Shown here: piece after piece, positions 15,829 through 29,940 of the stretch
How the letters are laid out: each line of letters opens with the position of its first letter
Position numbering within the stretch: position 1 is the first letter of the stretch
NCBI GenBank assembly: GCA_964016885.1
Contig: OZ024745.1
Span: 124,682,001 to 124,746,000 of the forward strand
Source: Eledone cirrhosa
Taxonomy: Eukaryota
Direction: 5' to 3'
DNA: 64,000 nt
The notes under the pieces: generated by a model
Told to the model about the DNA's origin: nothing
The model's input: the letters and a program-made list of their open reading frames with translations, nothing else
The model's database searches: none
Position numbers and translations under genes: made by a program

Positions 15829-17816
15829 GTGTGTGTTTGTATATGTATATATGTGTATATATCTCTATGCAATTTAACATTTGCAGAACAAACACATGCA
15901 AGGTAATTCAAGAATGTCGAGTTTCGATGAAGAAAGGAATGTTGTAGTGTAGTGAAAAAGCCTGAGATCAAGCGCAATTTGGTTTACAAAGGAAGTAACT
16001 GGGTCTTTGTCGGATGTCTCTCAATGGGAGTAAAAAGAGACCAACTATATCCTGAGAACAGAAGTTATTGTAGCAGTGGTGAAACAGAAATTGATGCCAT
16101 GGCATGACGCGCTCGTGTTTGTGGTCGAAGATCTGAATGTTAGACAGGTAGGCCCACGTTGGATTTTATATTTTCAAGACGCTCTTGATATTCTGTTTTG
16201 TTCATGGGTCTATCTACATGGATTCATGAGTGTCATATAGTGAGAACTTATATTGAGTTGCAATCACTATCTCATTCTGTAGCATGCACTTATTTGTCGT
16301 TAGTTATTTTTGTTAAAATATGTTGTACAAATATTGTATTAGTCCTTGGTCAGGTAGGAAATATAGGCCCATTTCCAAGGAAAACTATTACCGTTGCAAC
16401 AAACAAATGATTATATGCTGGTTGACGATGTATCCATGAATGCACATGTAAAATCACCTAATCTGTTAAGACATAACAGTACGGAATATAACAGGGATTT
16501 CTTTAAGAAATGTACATCTATGTCTGTATAACAAGAGAGGAGAAGGGGCAAAAACCTAGGCCCATACCAATTGGTCTACATTCTCTTTCATATTTTTGAT
16601 ATTTCTTGTCAGTCTATATTATGGTCTAAGTATATAGTTCGTGGATGAGATTTGAAATACTCATTAATGAAACATTTCTATTTTCCTGAAAAGACATTTC
16701 ATTATTTTCCTGGGATTGGCAGTATCAGTAGAGGGTCGGATGCCATGCTTTCCAGCATAGTTACGTCCCTTAACGATCTGTCTTTTTAAAATATACTTTG
16801 GTGAGATTTGCAGATACTTTTGCTGCTATTTCTAGTAGATATTTCGATTGTGGCTAGAAACCGTTCTTGTTTGGTCCGTTATTATTTTCGTTACAGATAG
16901 TTTTCTTGCAGTAGAGTATTCCCGAATCAGTTAAAGTAGACATACTTTTCTGAGTTTGCGAATATAAAAATTAATAGTAACCGAGTCAACTGATATTCTA
17001 ACTTTGGGTAATTCTGTTTCTGTTGAGAGCACATGATCTTAGCTCGTAGGATATTTCTGTAGATCCCATTTCTAAAATAGTATCATAATTTGGTGGTGTA
17101 TTTAGCAGCTACATTAAGCATATGTAGCTTCCTTGCTGTCTGATTTACTTTAATACAGGAATTAATGAACATAAATTGTTGTTAATAGTGTCTTATAATT
17201 TGTTAGTTAGTTTGCAGTAAATTCAAATATGCTTGCGAATTTTTGGCGTTTAAGAATATTAAAGTCTCGATTAAGATGGCAAATAGTTCTGTTCTGTAAA
17301 TGAATTATATTTATAATATAGCAATAAATCATTGAATAATTCATTTTGTTTGAAAAGCTTTCTACTAATCTCCAAAACATATTTGTGGTTTTCTTTTATA
17401 TATGTTTACAATTTCCCTGCTAGAATTATTCTCAAGATCGTATTAATACTTTATGCAGTAAATTTAAATATTCATTTACAATTTAGGAAACATAATTTTC
17501 ACATGATAATTGCAATTCATGAATTATTATTATTACAGTTAAAATTAATAAAAGTGGGCGGCGTATTAGCAGTATTGGTATTTCGTCGGGCAGCATGCTT
17601 TGTGGCATAGAGATACGACCTTTTATGTTCTGAGTTAAAATCCCACTGAGGTTAGCATTACCTTTCACATTACGGGGTTCATAAAATACAATACCGGTAA
17701 AGCATTGGGGTTGATTTAGTCGACTTTCCCCTCCACCGAAATTGTTCGACTTACATCTAAATCTGATAACATTAATACAATTAAAATTAAGTTCTTGATA
17801 TACAACTAGGTATAAA

Positions 17817-17894
17817 TTCTTCTTCTTCTTCTTCTTCTTCTTCTTCTTCTTCTTCTTCTTCTTCTTCTTCTTCTTCTTCTTCTTCTTCTTCTTC
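17817..17894. repeat. (TTC)n microsatellite
   Basis: Directly visible. Confidence 0.95.
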
Positions 17895-18192
17895 GTTAAG
17901 GGTGTTGTTGGGATCATTATCATTATTATTGTGTATTGGCAGTATCGGTAGAGCGTCGGACATCATGCTTTGCACAAAGAGTTATGGCCCTTTACGTTTT
18001 GAGTTCAAATCGTTGGTGGAGAGTGCTGAAACACCCCATCCAGCGAGTTTTGTCAGAAGCAACTGAACCAACTTATCCGCCTGGTTACCGAAGCGAGACA
18101 AGCTAAAATACACACAGACATGTATATAATGTGAAATGAAATGGAAAGCCCAAATATATACGTGTATGTATGTATTTATATAAATGTGTGTG

Positions 18193-18239
<47 letters not shown>

Positions 18240-18515
18240 GGCAACATTGAGGACCGAGTAAGTTAGATCGCAGATATAAAAGACAGCGAGAAGCGAAAAC
18301 CAACCAAGCAGTGAGTGTGTTCTGTTATTAATTCTGGCAATATTACGCAAATATGACCCTCCCCAAGTATAACTATATATATATATATATATGTGTGTGT
18401 GTGCGTGTGTGTGTGTGTGTATATATGTGTGTGTATGTATATATATATATGGATGTCTGTGATCTATATACGCTGGTCATAGACACACACACATAAGCAC
18501 ACACACACACACACA

Positions 18516-18617
<102 letters not shown>

Positions 18618-18964
18618 ACAACACCAACAGCTCTGTCTCTCTTTCATTCTCCTTCTCTGTCTCCTCTCCCTCTCTCTATGTCTCTCTTTCAATCTACCCT
18701 CTCACAACCACCATCTCCTTCTGTCTATCTTTCTCTCTCTTTCTCTGTTTATGAAGGTTGCCGGAAAAACCCCAAATCTTGGGAAGCTGTGCTCCGATTT
18801 ACGTGAAACTTGTTTTATTCTATTTGTATTCCCTTTCAGTGTATTTTCCCATTATGCGCCCCTTTGACTGTATTACATTACAGACAAGCAAGCAACCAAT
18901 CGCAGAGTTTTAGTAGGATATAGATTTATGATTTGATATTTAATATATTATTATATCATCTCTA

Positions 18965-19043
18965 GCGCCCCTTAGGCCCCAGCACCTCCTGGGCCTTCTA
19001 AAACGCCCCCAGGGAGTGGTAGCAGTCACCTTGAGAACCTCTG
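18965..19043. mobile_element. Probable hAT-type terminal fragment
   Basis: GC-rich island ending ttgagaacctctg (reverse CAGAGGTTCTCAA), a typical hAT/Charlie-like terminus. Confidence 0.4.
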
Positions 19044-20131
19044 GTGTAGAGTAAGTGAAGTAAAACAAAATAATTGCATATTGGAATTGTGATATTTATA
19101 TGAAATATTTGTTTGTTTGACAAGCATACGTTCTTATACAAACAACAGCGTATTATCAATGTTTTTACGTACCCAAATGTAATGCCTATATTTTAGAAAT
19201 TATCACTAAAGTAAATGTATTGAAACAGGTCTACAACTATACAGTGGTAGCCATAACTGAATACCGAAACCCACGTGTACATGTTAAGTGTACGAGAATT
19301 TAATAATATTAAACATGCATACACACCCATACGCACGCATATACTCTCAACTACACGTATAGGTACACATATACAAATGTAGTTGTATATATATATATAT
19401 ATCAAAAAATATAAATACATTCACACACACATATACATGAGAAAAAATACATACAACCACATACACACATATATATATATATAAAAAAACGTATATATAA
19501 AAAAATATACATACACACACACATACGCATATGTACACATACATATGCACGCATATTCATATATATATATACACACATATAAACATATATAAAAAAGTGG
19601 AAGGGGTATTCAATTAGTTGGAAATACGACAAATATAAATAGAAATAAAAGTTTATAACAGATTTAGAGTTGAAGATAGCTCAGTACCTCTGAAATATGT
19701 ATGATAAAATATACTTGATCACACGAATGTCTATTTTTGTTAATATTTTGAATTAATATATATATATATTTATTTTGTTTTGTGCATTTGCTTACCACGT
19801 GTGTTTGTTTATTTATTTATTTGTATTGGGTTTTTTCCTCTTTCGTATCGCTGTCAACTTGCTAATTTTTATTTTATTTTATTTTTTTATTTATTTTTTT
19901 TTTTTTTAGTTTCTTTATACTTGACTTTATTTTTTACTTCTATTTATTTATTATTTTGATTTCATGTATATGTATTTTGTCTTTACTAGGTGTTGCAACT
20001 ACTTATTTTAGTATATGCGCATGGTCCAGTGTGTATATTTTTGTTTATTTATGTTTATTTATTTTTATGATTATGTGTGTGTGTATGTATATATATGTAT
20101 GTGTGTATGTATATGCGTTTATCTATGTATG

Positions 20132-20164
<33 letters not shown>

Positions 20165-20172
20165 GAATACAT

Positions 20173-22259
20173 AATGAATACGACCATGAATATTAAGTTT
20201 ACCAAACATAGAAGTAATGAGCTGCAGAGCAACATGAAAGCACTACTCCGAAGACTGCAAAATACCAATGGAATTGTTGTGAAAGCTGACAAGACCTCTA
20301 ACGTGTATACCATGGATATCGATACATACAACAGCTTCATACGCAAGGAACTACACAAAAAATATAGAAAAACAAGTGAAACTACGCTAGCAAATATTAA
20401 CAACGAGGCATACAAGGTGGTGAAGAATCTCAAGATAGACGATAGAACCGAGCCGATTATACCCGCAACCCCCACCTTTAACCTGAAGGACAATAAGGTA
20501 AATTTTGACTCTAATCCTAAGATTAGACTTATATGCCCTTCTAAATCAGACATAGGAAAAATTAGCAAACATATACTTGACAGAAAAAGAAAATAGAAAT
20601 TAAATTATGGGGCAACACTAGCGAAGCAATTCGCTGGTTTAATAACGTTAAGAACAAGAATAAGTCTAAGTTTATACAATTTGACATAAACGAATACTAC
20701 TCTTTAATCTCACACGGCACTTTACGTAAAGCCCTATCGTTTGCTAAAGTCAATTCCGACCTAACGGAGGACGAAATTAATATTATTCTAGAGGCTAGAA
20801 AAACTATTATGAAGTTGGATAACTGCTACTGGGAACGTAAGGACAGACCCACAAACTTCGGCATTACCATGAGTTCCAATGACTCAGCGGAGGTCACCGA
20901 TCTTGTGGGAATTTACATAGCCCACATACTACATGGTAAATTTAGTAATCTACAGGGAGGAATATATAGAGATAACGGGCTCTTATTAGTTAATAACTTA
21001 AATAACTAAAATCTTGAAAGGCTACGGAAAAACATTAGAAAATCTTTTAGTGAACTGGGTCTAAAAATAACGTACGAATACAATCTTAAAGTAGTAAATT
21101 TTCTAGACGTAACTCTTAATTTAAATACCGGACTGATACGACCCTTCCACAAGATAAATGAGAACCTTACCTATATCAATTTTAACTCAAACCACCCACT
21201 TTCCATGATAAAATCGGTTCCCCGTCGTATTTCTCTTAGAATCTCTCGCCTATCGTCTGACTCTGAGATTTTCAGTGAACATGCAGAATACTATAATAAT
21301 GCATTAAGGAATGCCGACCACCGGGATACAATAGAATACATTGATAAGAATCTCCATAACACACATAGCTCTACACGAAATCAAGGAATACGTAACCGGG
21401 GTACTGAAATAAAAGCGCACACACGCAGTACCACCAGGCATACTAATAATAGAAAATCATCACCAAATAAATCACGTTGTAGAAAGTATATCTGGTATAA
21501 CCCCATTTTTAATGCTTCGATTAATACAAAACTATCTCTTTCATTCTTTAAGTTAATCAACAAGCATTTCCCTAGTTCCCATAAATACAGTAAAATTCTG
21601 AACTCTAAGACTATTAAACTATCATACTCCACGGCACCAAACCTTGAAGCATACATAAAAAACTTAACTTAAAGCAATTAAACAACACTACAAAACAAAA
21701 TATTTTAATAACAGATGAGCATAACGTAATATCGGCCACCCAACCACTAAATGGGAAACAGGTATTACACAACCCACCTGTACTGCTATCACAACCTATC
21801 CATGGTGCACCCGCTACCCACAACAAAAACTGTAACTGCCACCTACCTGAAAGATGTCCATTGAAGAATGAACGCCGCCTAAAGTCCAACATTGTTTACC
21901 AATGCACTGTTGAATCGAACGACCAAAAATGGTATTACATCGGGTCTACCACTACCTCCTTTAAATCTCGCTGGTATCGTCATCGATTCTCAATTAAACA
22001 TCCTGATCACCGTTTTGTGACCATGCTCGCCAACAAGACCTGACAACTCCGTGAACGCAACCAACAGTTCACCTTGAAATGGGATATACTTTCCAGCGCT
22101 AGTCCATATCGGAGTGGATTGAAGTACTGTAGGTTATGTAGCCTTGAACTCTTTTACATCTTAAAATCCAAAAATAAATTACTAAATGATAGAATCGAAC
22201 GATCATTATACTGCAAGCACAAACTGAAAGCTAAATTCTCTCACTATAAAATAATTTAA
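20173..22259 (+). pseudogene. PLE reverse transcriptase/GIY-YIG endonuclease ORF, disrupted
   Basis: Colinear ORF pieces at 20015, 20809, 21205, 21861 and 22074 separated by stops and frameshifts. Confidence 0.9.
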
Positions 22260-22777
22260 CATTCGAACCCGTAACTATAAGATTGCTTTCTAGCTAACCA
22301 CTTTCTCTTCCCCCACACTACAAGACAATACCCTGCTTATCACTATAAATGGAAACTTAGTGCAATTCGCAGATTACTACTATGAACCCAATGTACACCC
22401 ACCCCATAGCTTTCGTCTGTCCCCTCTCTGTCTCTCCCTCTCTGTCTCTCCCTCTCTATCCATTCCACTCTCTCTCTCTCGCCCTAGGTCCACCTCCCTC
22501 CCTCTCCACCTCTATGAACCTTCCCTCTGGGGCAATAAATAATCCCAACTTGACTATGAACGCATCGCTTAAGGTGGTCGCTTTAAGAGTAACCGGTATA
22601 ATAAAACCCCTACCACAACATTTTGATTAAGATATCTACAAACCACTCTCTCCTATTTCTCCAACCCCTGCATATCTATCTATCTCTCTCCCTCTCCCCT
22701 TCTTTTCTCTCTTCTTTTTCTACTCTATCTTCCTCAATAACCTCACTTAAGGGTATTTACATTGTACATTTTAACCA

Positions 22778-22900
22778 TTCTGGTCTGATGATAAAGTGGT
22801 AACAGCATTTGATAATTGCGTTTTGCAAATAGTTATAAATTTGCACATAGCATAACTAGGCTGTATAACCACCGTGGAAACATTTGTAAGCACACAGAAT
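22778..22900 (+). ncRNA. Hammerhead motif with long stem II in the PLE 3' end
   Basis: CTGATGA..gtggtaacagc..gctgtataaccac..GAAA catttg TA; imperfect stem I attctg/cagaat. Confidence 0.6.
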
Positions 22901-22984
22901 AAATTACATTTTTATGATGTCTACCTGCTATTATTCATTCTTTATATATATATATATATGTTTCTGTATTTTTGTGTGTGTGTA

Positions 22985-23071
<87 letters not shown>

Positions 23072-23161
23072 GCATTTCCCGGATAGGGGACAGTCAACCC
23101 AGTTCCTACAATTACAGTTAGTACTAACTACAGGGTTGCACGTGTTCCTAAGGCTAGGTAG

Positions 23162-23845
23162 TTAAGCTAAATTTGAAGCTGTGATGTTATGTGCAAGGTT
23201 AGGAGTCGTAGAGTAAGAAGTTTTAATAGTATATCTATTAAAAATGTTACTATATTTATGTGTAGGGGGAAAATGCTTCATAATAAGGGAGAGAAAGATC
23301 TTAGCTAATGGTGTGGCCACCTCCATATTATATGGTGGGTTATACCATATAATGCGTCGGGATCTATTTCTTCTAGGTTTATTCTCGTACTCTGTATATG
23401 CTACCTTATCGACAACTCCACTCCGAGCAAGAGCTTCATTGTAATATGTGGAATGGTCGTTAAAAATATGCTCGTTAGTAGATAGACGAGAAAGCCTCAA
23501 AGAAACGTTACTTACCAGGTTCTTGGTTATGCTGGCAGGATGGTTAGAATACTTACTTATGTAATTAAGCGTATCATTCGGCATTCTATACGAGTAATGT
23601 AAGCCATTCGATAAATTGAGGGTAACGTCGAGGTAATTAACGACCGAGAGGGTGGCCTCAACCTGTATGGAGAGCTTGAAGCCTTTAAAGAAGGCTCTGA
23701 GTTCTTTTCTGAACCTGTCGCAAGCACGTGAGCCGCACATAGTCATGGTCAAAAGACCATCATCACGGAACAAACCACCGCCTACGTTGAGAAAAAAGGC
23801 CGATAAGATCAGTAACCTCCGCAGAATCGCTGGCACCCATACTCA
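23162..23845 (-). pseudogene. Second Penelope-like RT fragment (different family)
   Basis: GGGLFRDDGLL, VNYLDVTLNL, SNHP, IIWYNPPY; homologous to the 20.9-21.7 kb region. Confidence 0.9.
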
Positions 23846-23848
23846 CAT

Positions 23849-23970
23849 AATATAGAAATGGCTTCTGCAGGACTGGAAATGTTTTATACGGAGGAAATCA
23901 TCAGGAAAGTTTTCCTGATGATTTCCTCCAAATGAAACAGTCCTAGTCCTGGAGAAGCCATTTCTATATT
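23849..23970. repeat. Palindrome with a degenerate HHR-like sequence in each arm, abutting the PLE truncation point
   Basis: aatatagaaatggcttct..ggaggaaatcatcaggaaa / tttcctgatgatttcctcc..agaagccatttctatatt. Confidence 0.75.
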
Positions 23971-24047
23971 AAATGTTTATACTCTGCTATGTATTGAGTA
24001 CCTTACTGTGGTTACCCCGATTGAACCCGGGATAAATATATATATAT

Positions 24048-24180
<133 letters not shown>

Positions 24181-25636
24181 GTATGTATATAATGTATATA
24201 TATATATATATATAGTTATAGTTATATAAGTTATAGTTATCGTTACTATTTTATTCATAATCTGACTGAATTACTAAAAAATGAACATCGATTTGTAAAG
24301 CATAAAGATATGTTTCATTATGTGAAATACATGGCAACACAATCCTTATTCATCCACGAACGCACAAAATTAGGTTTGTGTATATGTGGGTATATGGGAA
24401 TTTTAGTTGAGTGACCATGCTTATGTATTACAAGCAGTGTTATTTGCCAATAATACTTTTACCATTTTTCTTAGATAAACATAGAAAACAACTTTTTCCC
24501 TTGACCAACCATATCTGTTGAATATGTTAACAATCCTAACAATAGCGAAAGAGAAATGGAAATATAACATCATGTCCAAATTATCTATTTTCCTTTCCGA
24601 AAGTATATTTATTTCAGGTTTTAGGTCGTTAACTCCAGTTTGCCTTTAGATTGCAATATCCTGCTATTCTTTAGTATACAATTAAGTTGATTCTATTTCA
24701 CTTGGCATAAAGTTGATGTATTATACGCAGCCTTCAAGACATGTGACTGCTATATAGTAAGATATTCGCCGAATATAAACCAGGTCTGAGTAGTGGATAA
24801 GTGAACACAATGACACATACGAAAACGCACGAGCTTCCACGAATCCTTTGTCAACAAACTGTCTTTCACAATACTTTGCTCAATTCCCGACTATGGTCGA
24901 AAACACTAAGGGCACGGCGGAACTAGCTCAAATCCATGTAGTTCTTTCTTTCTTGTCGTGTCCACTAGAGTGTCAGTTACAAAACTTGGCTAGATATGGT
25001 TCCGCCACACCTGAACACATTGCTGTCCCTTCTCATTACACTGTCCCAAGTCCAATGTTTCCCAGGGTGTTCCAGCAGGGGGAATATCAGGAGGTGCTGC
25101 GTAGTCTGTGGTTCGATGCCGTAGTCACACACAACGTCCCCGTCCTTTAAATATCCCCATTTTGCAAGAGTGTCTTTTGCCCGTTCAACACCAGATCTTA
25201 GTTCTGTTTAGGCATTTCCACACTATAGTGACGAAACAAGCCTATAAATCACACAAACTATGTAAGTGGCTATATATTATAACATTTTATGGGTAGATAA
25301 AATTATTGGTTAAATATATATGTATTTTATTACAAAATCGAATTCTATAACTTAAGTTTTAGTAATCTCTTTCTTTCCACCATTGACATTATTGTCACCA
25401 TCGTAACCATTTCTAGAATTAGAATCATCAATATAATCTGCAGCTGCCTCAGTCACTATCAGTGTTCTGATAACTATCATTGTCATTTTTTATAACATTG
25501 CTTTATCTTCATTAACACCATCTCCATCAATAATATTAATATTATCCTTCCCCATCCCTCTTATCCTCTCTCACTGAGGAGATGTACTAAGGTAAACAAG
25601 ATCATATTAAACAGGAGACACAAAGGAGCAAAAATA

Positions 25637-26185
25637 GTCGTTGAGAAAGGTAGAGAACATGTGACGTTGAGAAAGGTAGAGAATATGTGACGTTGAGAAA
25701 GGTACATAATATGTGACGTTGAAAAAGGTATAGAATATGTGACGTTGAAAAAGGTACAGAATATGTGACGTTGAAAAAGGTACAGAAGATGTGACGTTGA
25801 GAAAGGTACAGAATATGTGACGTTGAAAAAAGGTACAGAAGATGTGACGTTGAGAAAGGTACAGAAGATGTGACGTTGAGAAAGGTACAGAAGATGTGAC
25901 GTTGAAAATGTACAGAATATGTGACGTTGAGAAAGGTACAGAAGATGTGACGTTGAGAAAGGTACAGAAGATGTGACGTTGAAAAAGGTACAGAATAGGT
26001 GACGTTGAAAAAGGTACAGAATAGGTGACGTTGAAAAAGGTACAGAATAGGTGACGTTGAAAAAGGTACAGAATAGGTGACGTTGAAAAAGGTACAGAAT
26101 AGGTGACGTTGAGAAAGGTACAGAATATGTGACGTTGAGAAAGGTACAGAATATGTGACGTTGAGAAAGGTACAGAATATGTAAC
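25637..26185. repeat. 26-bp minisatellite, about 21 copies
   Basis: Unit gtgacgttgagaaaggtacagaatat with clustered variants. Confidence 0.95.
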
Positions 26186-26269
26186 GAAAGAGCGTTACCA
26201 ATTACATATGACAATTACCTAACCTCCTTGTTACTAAAGTAACCAAGGAATTAATTATTTACTTAATAA

Positions 26270-26566
26270 TAATTGTTTCTACTTTTGGCGCAAGGCCAAC
26301 AATTACTCAGTACATTACTGGTACTTTATTTTATCGACTCCGTAAGGATGAAAGGCAAAATTAACCTTGGAGGGATTTCAACTCAGTTCGTAAAGGGACG
26401 TAACTCTATGCTGAAAAGCATGGCGTCCTATCCTCTACTGCCAAGCCACCCCCCTTAATTATAATTGTTTCTACTTTTTGGCACAAGGCCAGCAATTACC
26501 CAGTACATTACTGGTACTTTATTTTATCGACCCCTTAAGGATGAAAGGCAAAGTTAACCTCGGCAG
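26270..26566 (-). mobile_element. Two tandem SINE family A copies
   Basis: Two tails and two central domains. Confidence 0.85.
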
Positions 26567-28429
26567 GAACATTTTATCACTTGTAAATCTTCTTTTCTGC
26601 GTTGTTGTTTATAGAATATATTTATTATAGGAGGGCTTCTTGAATTTATACTGATACATTTCTAATGCCACTATCTCTATTCTTTTTTATATTTATTGCT
26701 GTTTTACTTTCGTCTATTTAGACTTGTCCGTGGTATTTTTGTTTTGTCGTTTTCTTTAAAATGCCACAAGAAAATACTACGCCATTCAGGGACATATATC
26801 TGAATCTTCAAATATGTTCTTTTATTTATAACATTCTAAAAGTAAATAAGTAAACATTATTTAAAGTTCTTGTTTTTGTTGTTGTTGCTAGAAGGGGAAT
26901 AGAACCACTCTGAGGGTGAAATCATTAACTTAATGATGTGTCAGTTCCGAAATAATTGGAGACTTCAGCTTCTCATTATACGAGTAACAGTACGCATTAG
27001 CACACTTGGAGCTAAGCATGACATAAAGTATAAGACTTCCAGCTTGGAGACCATAGTAGAAAGCATGACAGGAATTGTATAATTTACAAATGCATCTTTA
27101 TTGTAAGATGACAACTGGATCTGATTTAAAGTACCTGAAATGTTTGAGGCACTTTATTATTATAAACGTAAAGTCAATAATCAAAATAAGATCGCTATCC
27201 TGTTATATTTCATTAGTCCTTCTAATCGGTGTTCTAGGAAATATATACACACGGTTTCAAATGTTTAGAAAAATGTTATTATAAACCCAGATATAAGTCG
27301 CAAATAAAGAACATAGACATTTAAAAAGAATAGTTATCATCAATTTATATTAAGCGTTATGACAAAACTATTAAGCTCGCGGACGTAACTATTGATATGA
27401 ATTATAATGCAAATCATATTTATGACAAAATTATAACTGGAAAAAATGGAGACCATGATCCCAAACAATTACCATATAGTTCTCCATCATTAACACGCAA
27501 TAATCAAATTATCAGATTCGCATACAAGATACGATTACTATTTACGTTTCGCAAAATAAAAAAAGGATGAAACTGCAAATATTAATATATTAGGCTATAA
27601 AAACGTCCAACCAAAACTAACATGATACTTAGGAAAACATATAGTAAGAATTACTTTTCTTCCTTTCTGTCTCAGTGAAATGTAAAGCATTCAATTCATT
27701 GAATTTGTACGCGTAAGGACATCCATACTTGTATTTTTCATCTACACAAACAAACAACTAGATAAAGATCTAAATATCATTTAGAAATCGAAGTCATCTC
27801 TACCCAGCTAAAAGAAACTATGTCCACATATTTAGCTAATTATTTGGGTAGAGAGAGTTTTATGTATTTTAATTGCTTTCCCGTTATATACTCAATGCTT
27901 ATGTGTTTATATATGACGCATTGGCATAGTTTTCTATGATATTTATCTTTCTTTTTATAAAACTAGTTAATATTGTGAATCAGACAATATTCTAGTCGTT
28001 GGTGTAGTAGTAAAATTATTATGATCACCCATCAGAAAGTATTCAGCTTTACCGACATAGAATTATTGTAACTTGGATATATTCGCATGAAAATAACGGT
28101 ATTTTCGCATGAAAATAACTGCATTATCAATTGTTATTCTAGACGGAATTCTTGTCTTAAGTATGTATTAGAAATTTTGAAAAATCAAAGCAAGATCCAT
28201 TCAAACAAACGTATTTTGTTGTGTTTTCAGAAATCACCCTCAAATATCCAGGCATAATAAAAAGCGAAAGACTCACAAAATAAAATATACACATATTACA
28301 AGATGTAACACAATTAACATAATTAATAACATAATTGTAACATAATTATCGGATAGGTCTGTAATTGATCGCTCAAGCAGAAAATCTCACTCGAATCAGC
28401 TTAGCACATTACAAAACGAAGAACAGGTT

Positions 28430-28670
28430 TGGTATATATCGTCGTAGATATGCAAAAAATTTAAATGTTAAAGTAGGCCAAGAAAATGCTGAAGACGAAC
28501 CTCGTTCTGGAAATCCAATCACGCCAATTGATTTATCAGCAAATGGAAAGTGGAGTTGGTGCGAGTGGTGATAGTGAAATATCACCGATTAAATGTTAGT
28601 ATGAATGTAGAAGACGCAGTCTTGGACAAATAACCAGTGTAAAACTAGTGCCCATACACATTTCTGTACC
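28430..28670 (+). pseudogene. Mariner/Tc1 transposase relic
   Basis: GQENAEDEPRSGNP resembles the mariner EDEPRSGRP motif; KLVP downstream resembles WVP. Confidence 0.55.
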
Positions 28671-28733
28671 TGTAATTCAACATGATGGTCATATAATATA
28701 TCACATTGATTCGGTTATGAGTTACGTTATGAG

Positions 28734-29052
28734 CAGGGGACTCGCTTGCCATAAAAATGAGAGGGGTACAAACCACCATTTGTTGATTCTTAAAGGAGCA
28801 TGTTAGTATTGCTTATGGTGCCTTTCCTGGACCCTATCACATACGGAAAATTTTACCTAATTAAATTTCATATATTCAAATGAAGTCCAGATATAAGAAA
28901 ATAAGCTTAAAAAGAATTTATTATATCAAATAAACAAATAAACAAAAGCTGGTTTGTTTCCCATTCCTGAAAACGTGTGTATGTGTGTGTGAGTGCGTGT
29001 GTGTGTGGGGGGGGGGGCTTATTCCCTGGTACCCCCTGAAACAAAGCGCTTG
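28734..29052. mobile_element. Non-autonomous hAT-like element
   Basis: 8-bp direct repeat gttatgag on both sides; starts CAGGGG; subterminal ggggtac/gtacccc. Confidence 0.6.
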
Positions 29053-29351
29053 GTTATGAGTATACGTATCTGTTACACGCTAATTCATGATTTGGGCATT
29101 CAGTTAATCGAAAAAGTGTATGCTCATCGCAGAAACTGATGGAAGATTCATTGTCATCAATGTTACTTCATCTTCTATTAGTTCTATTGTAGTTAATTTA
29201 CCAGTTGTTTCTCTCTTTTACAGTCGGTGATGACATCATTGTTAATATCATTGTTCTCTAAATATCACAACAGTGAAGATATTTTTCTGTTGTTACTGTT
29301 GATGCTGTTCTTGCTGTGATTAATATTACCGATTATGTTGTTGCTATAATC

Positions 29352-29480
29352 ATTTTTGTTTCTTTATTTCTTTTATAATATTCTAACTCTTTTTTTTTGT
29401 TTCTTTATTTCTTTTATAATATTCTAACTCTTTTTTTTTGTTTCTTTATTTCTTTTATAATATTCTAACTCTTTTTTTTT
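29352..29480. repeat. 41-bp tandem triplication
   Basis: gtttctttatttcttttataatattctaactc(t)n at 29358, 29399 and 29440. Confidence 0.9.
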
Positions 29481-29626
29481 AGTATAGTTTATGTGGCTAC
29501 AATTGAACAGAACAAAAGAACTAAGAAAATGAAGTTATAAAAGTTGTTTTAAAATCTATTCAAGTACAGGATATTAAGATTGTCTCCAGCGTTTTGCTGA
29601 GATAGAACTATCGTTGTTTTTATTAT

Positions 29627-29660
29627 TTCATCATCATCATCATCATTATCGTTATCGTCG

Positions 29661-29702
<42 letters not shown>

Positions 29703-29940
29703 CGATCGTCATCGTCGTCACCATCATCATTATCGTCATCGTCGTCATCTTCATCATCATCATCATCATCACCACGATTGTCGTCGTTGTCATCATTATC
29801 ATCACCATCATCATCATCACCTTCATCATCATCTTCATCATCACCATCATAATCAGCACCATCGTCGTAATTGTTGTCATCGTCATTGTCGTTGTCGTCA
29901 TCATCGTCATAAAAGACCATCATCCTTAACATCATCTTTT
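29627..29940. repeat. Degenerate (CAT)n trinucleotide field
   Basis: Directly visible; source of the poly-D/H/M ORFs. Confidence 0.9.

Larger units (their letters stand above)
20165..22942 (+). mobile_element. 5'-truncated, decayed Penelope-like element (RT and GIY-YIG, Naiad-like), bounded by (TA)n
   Basis: KADKT; GITMSSNDSAEVTDLVG; GIYRDNG; IWYNP; CNC..CPL linker; IVYQC..YYIGST; 3' UTR with HHR. Confidence 0.9.

Noticed and set aside
22041-22043. In-frame TGA as selenocysteine
   Set aside because: Position corresponds to Trp in a decayed ORF with other stops
24820-25250. GC-richer stretch with short ORFs
   Set aside because: No recognisable motif; probably an old TE remnant that I cannot assign
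25561-26214. 217-aa and 199-aa repetitive ORFs; CRISPR-like appearance
   Set aside because: Stop-free 26-bp tandem repeat with no unique spacers
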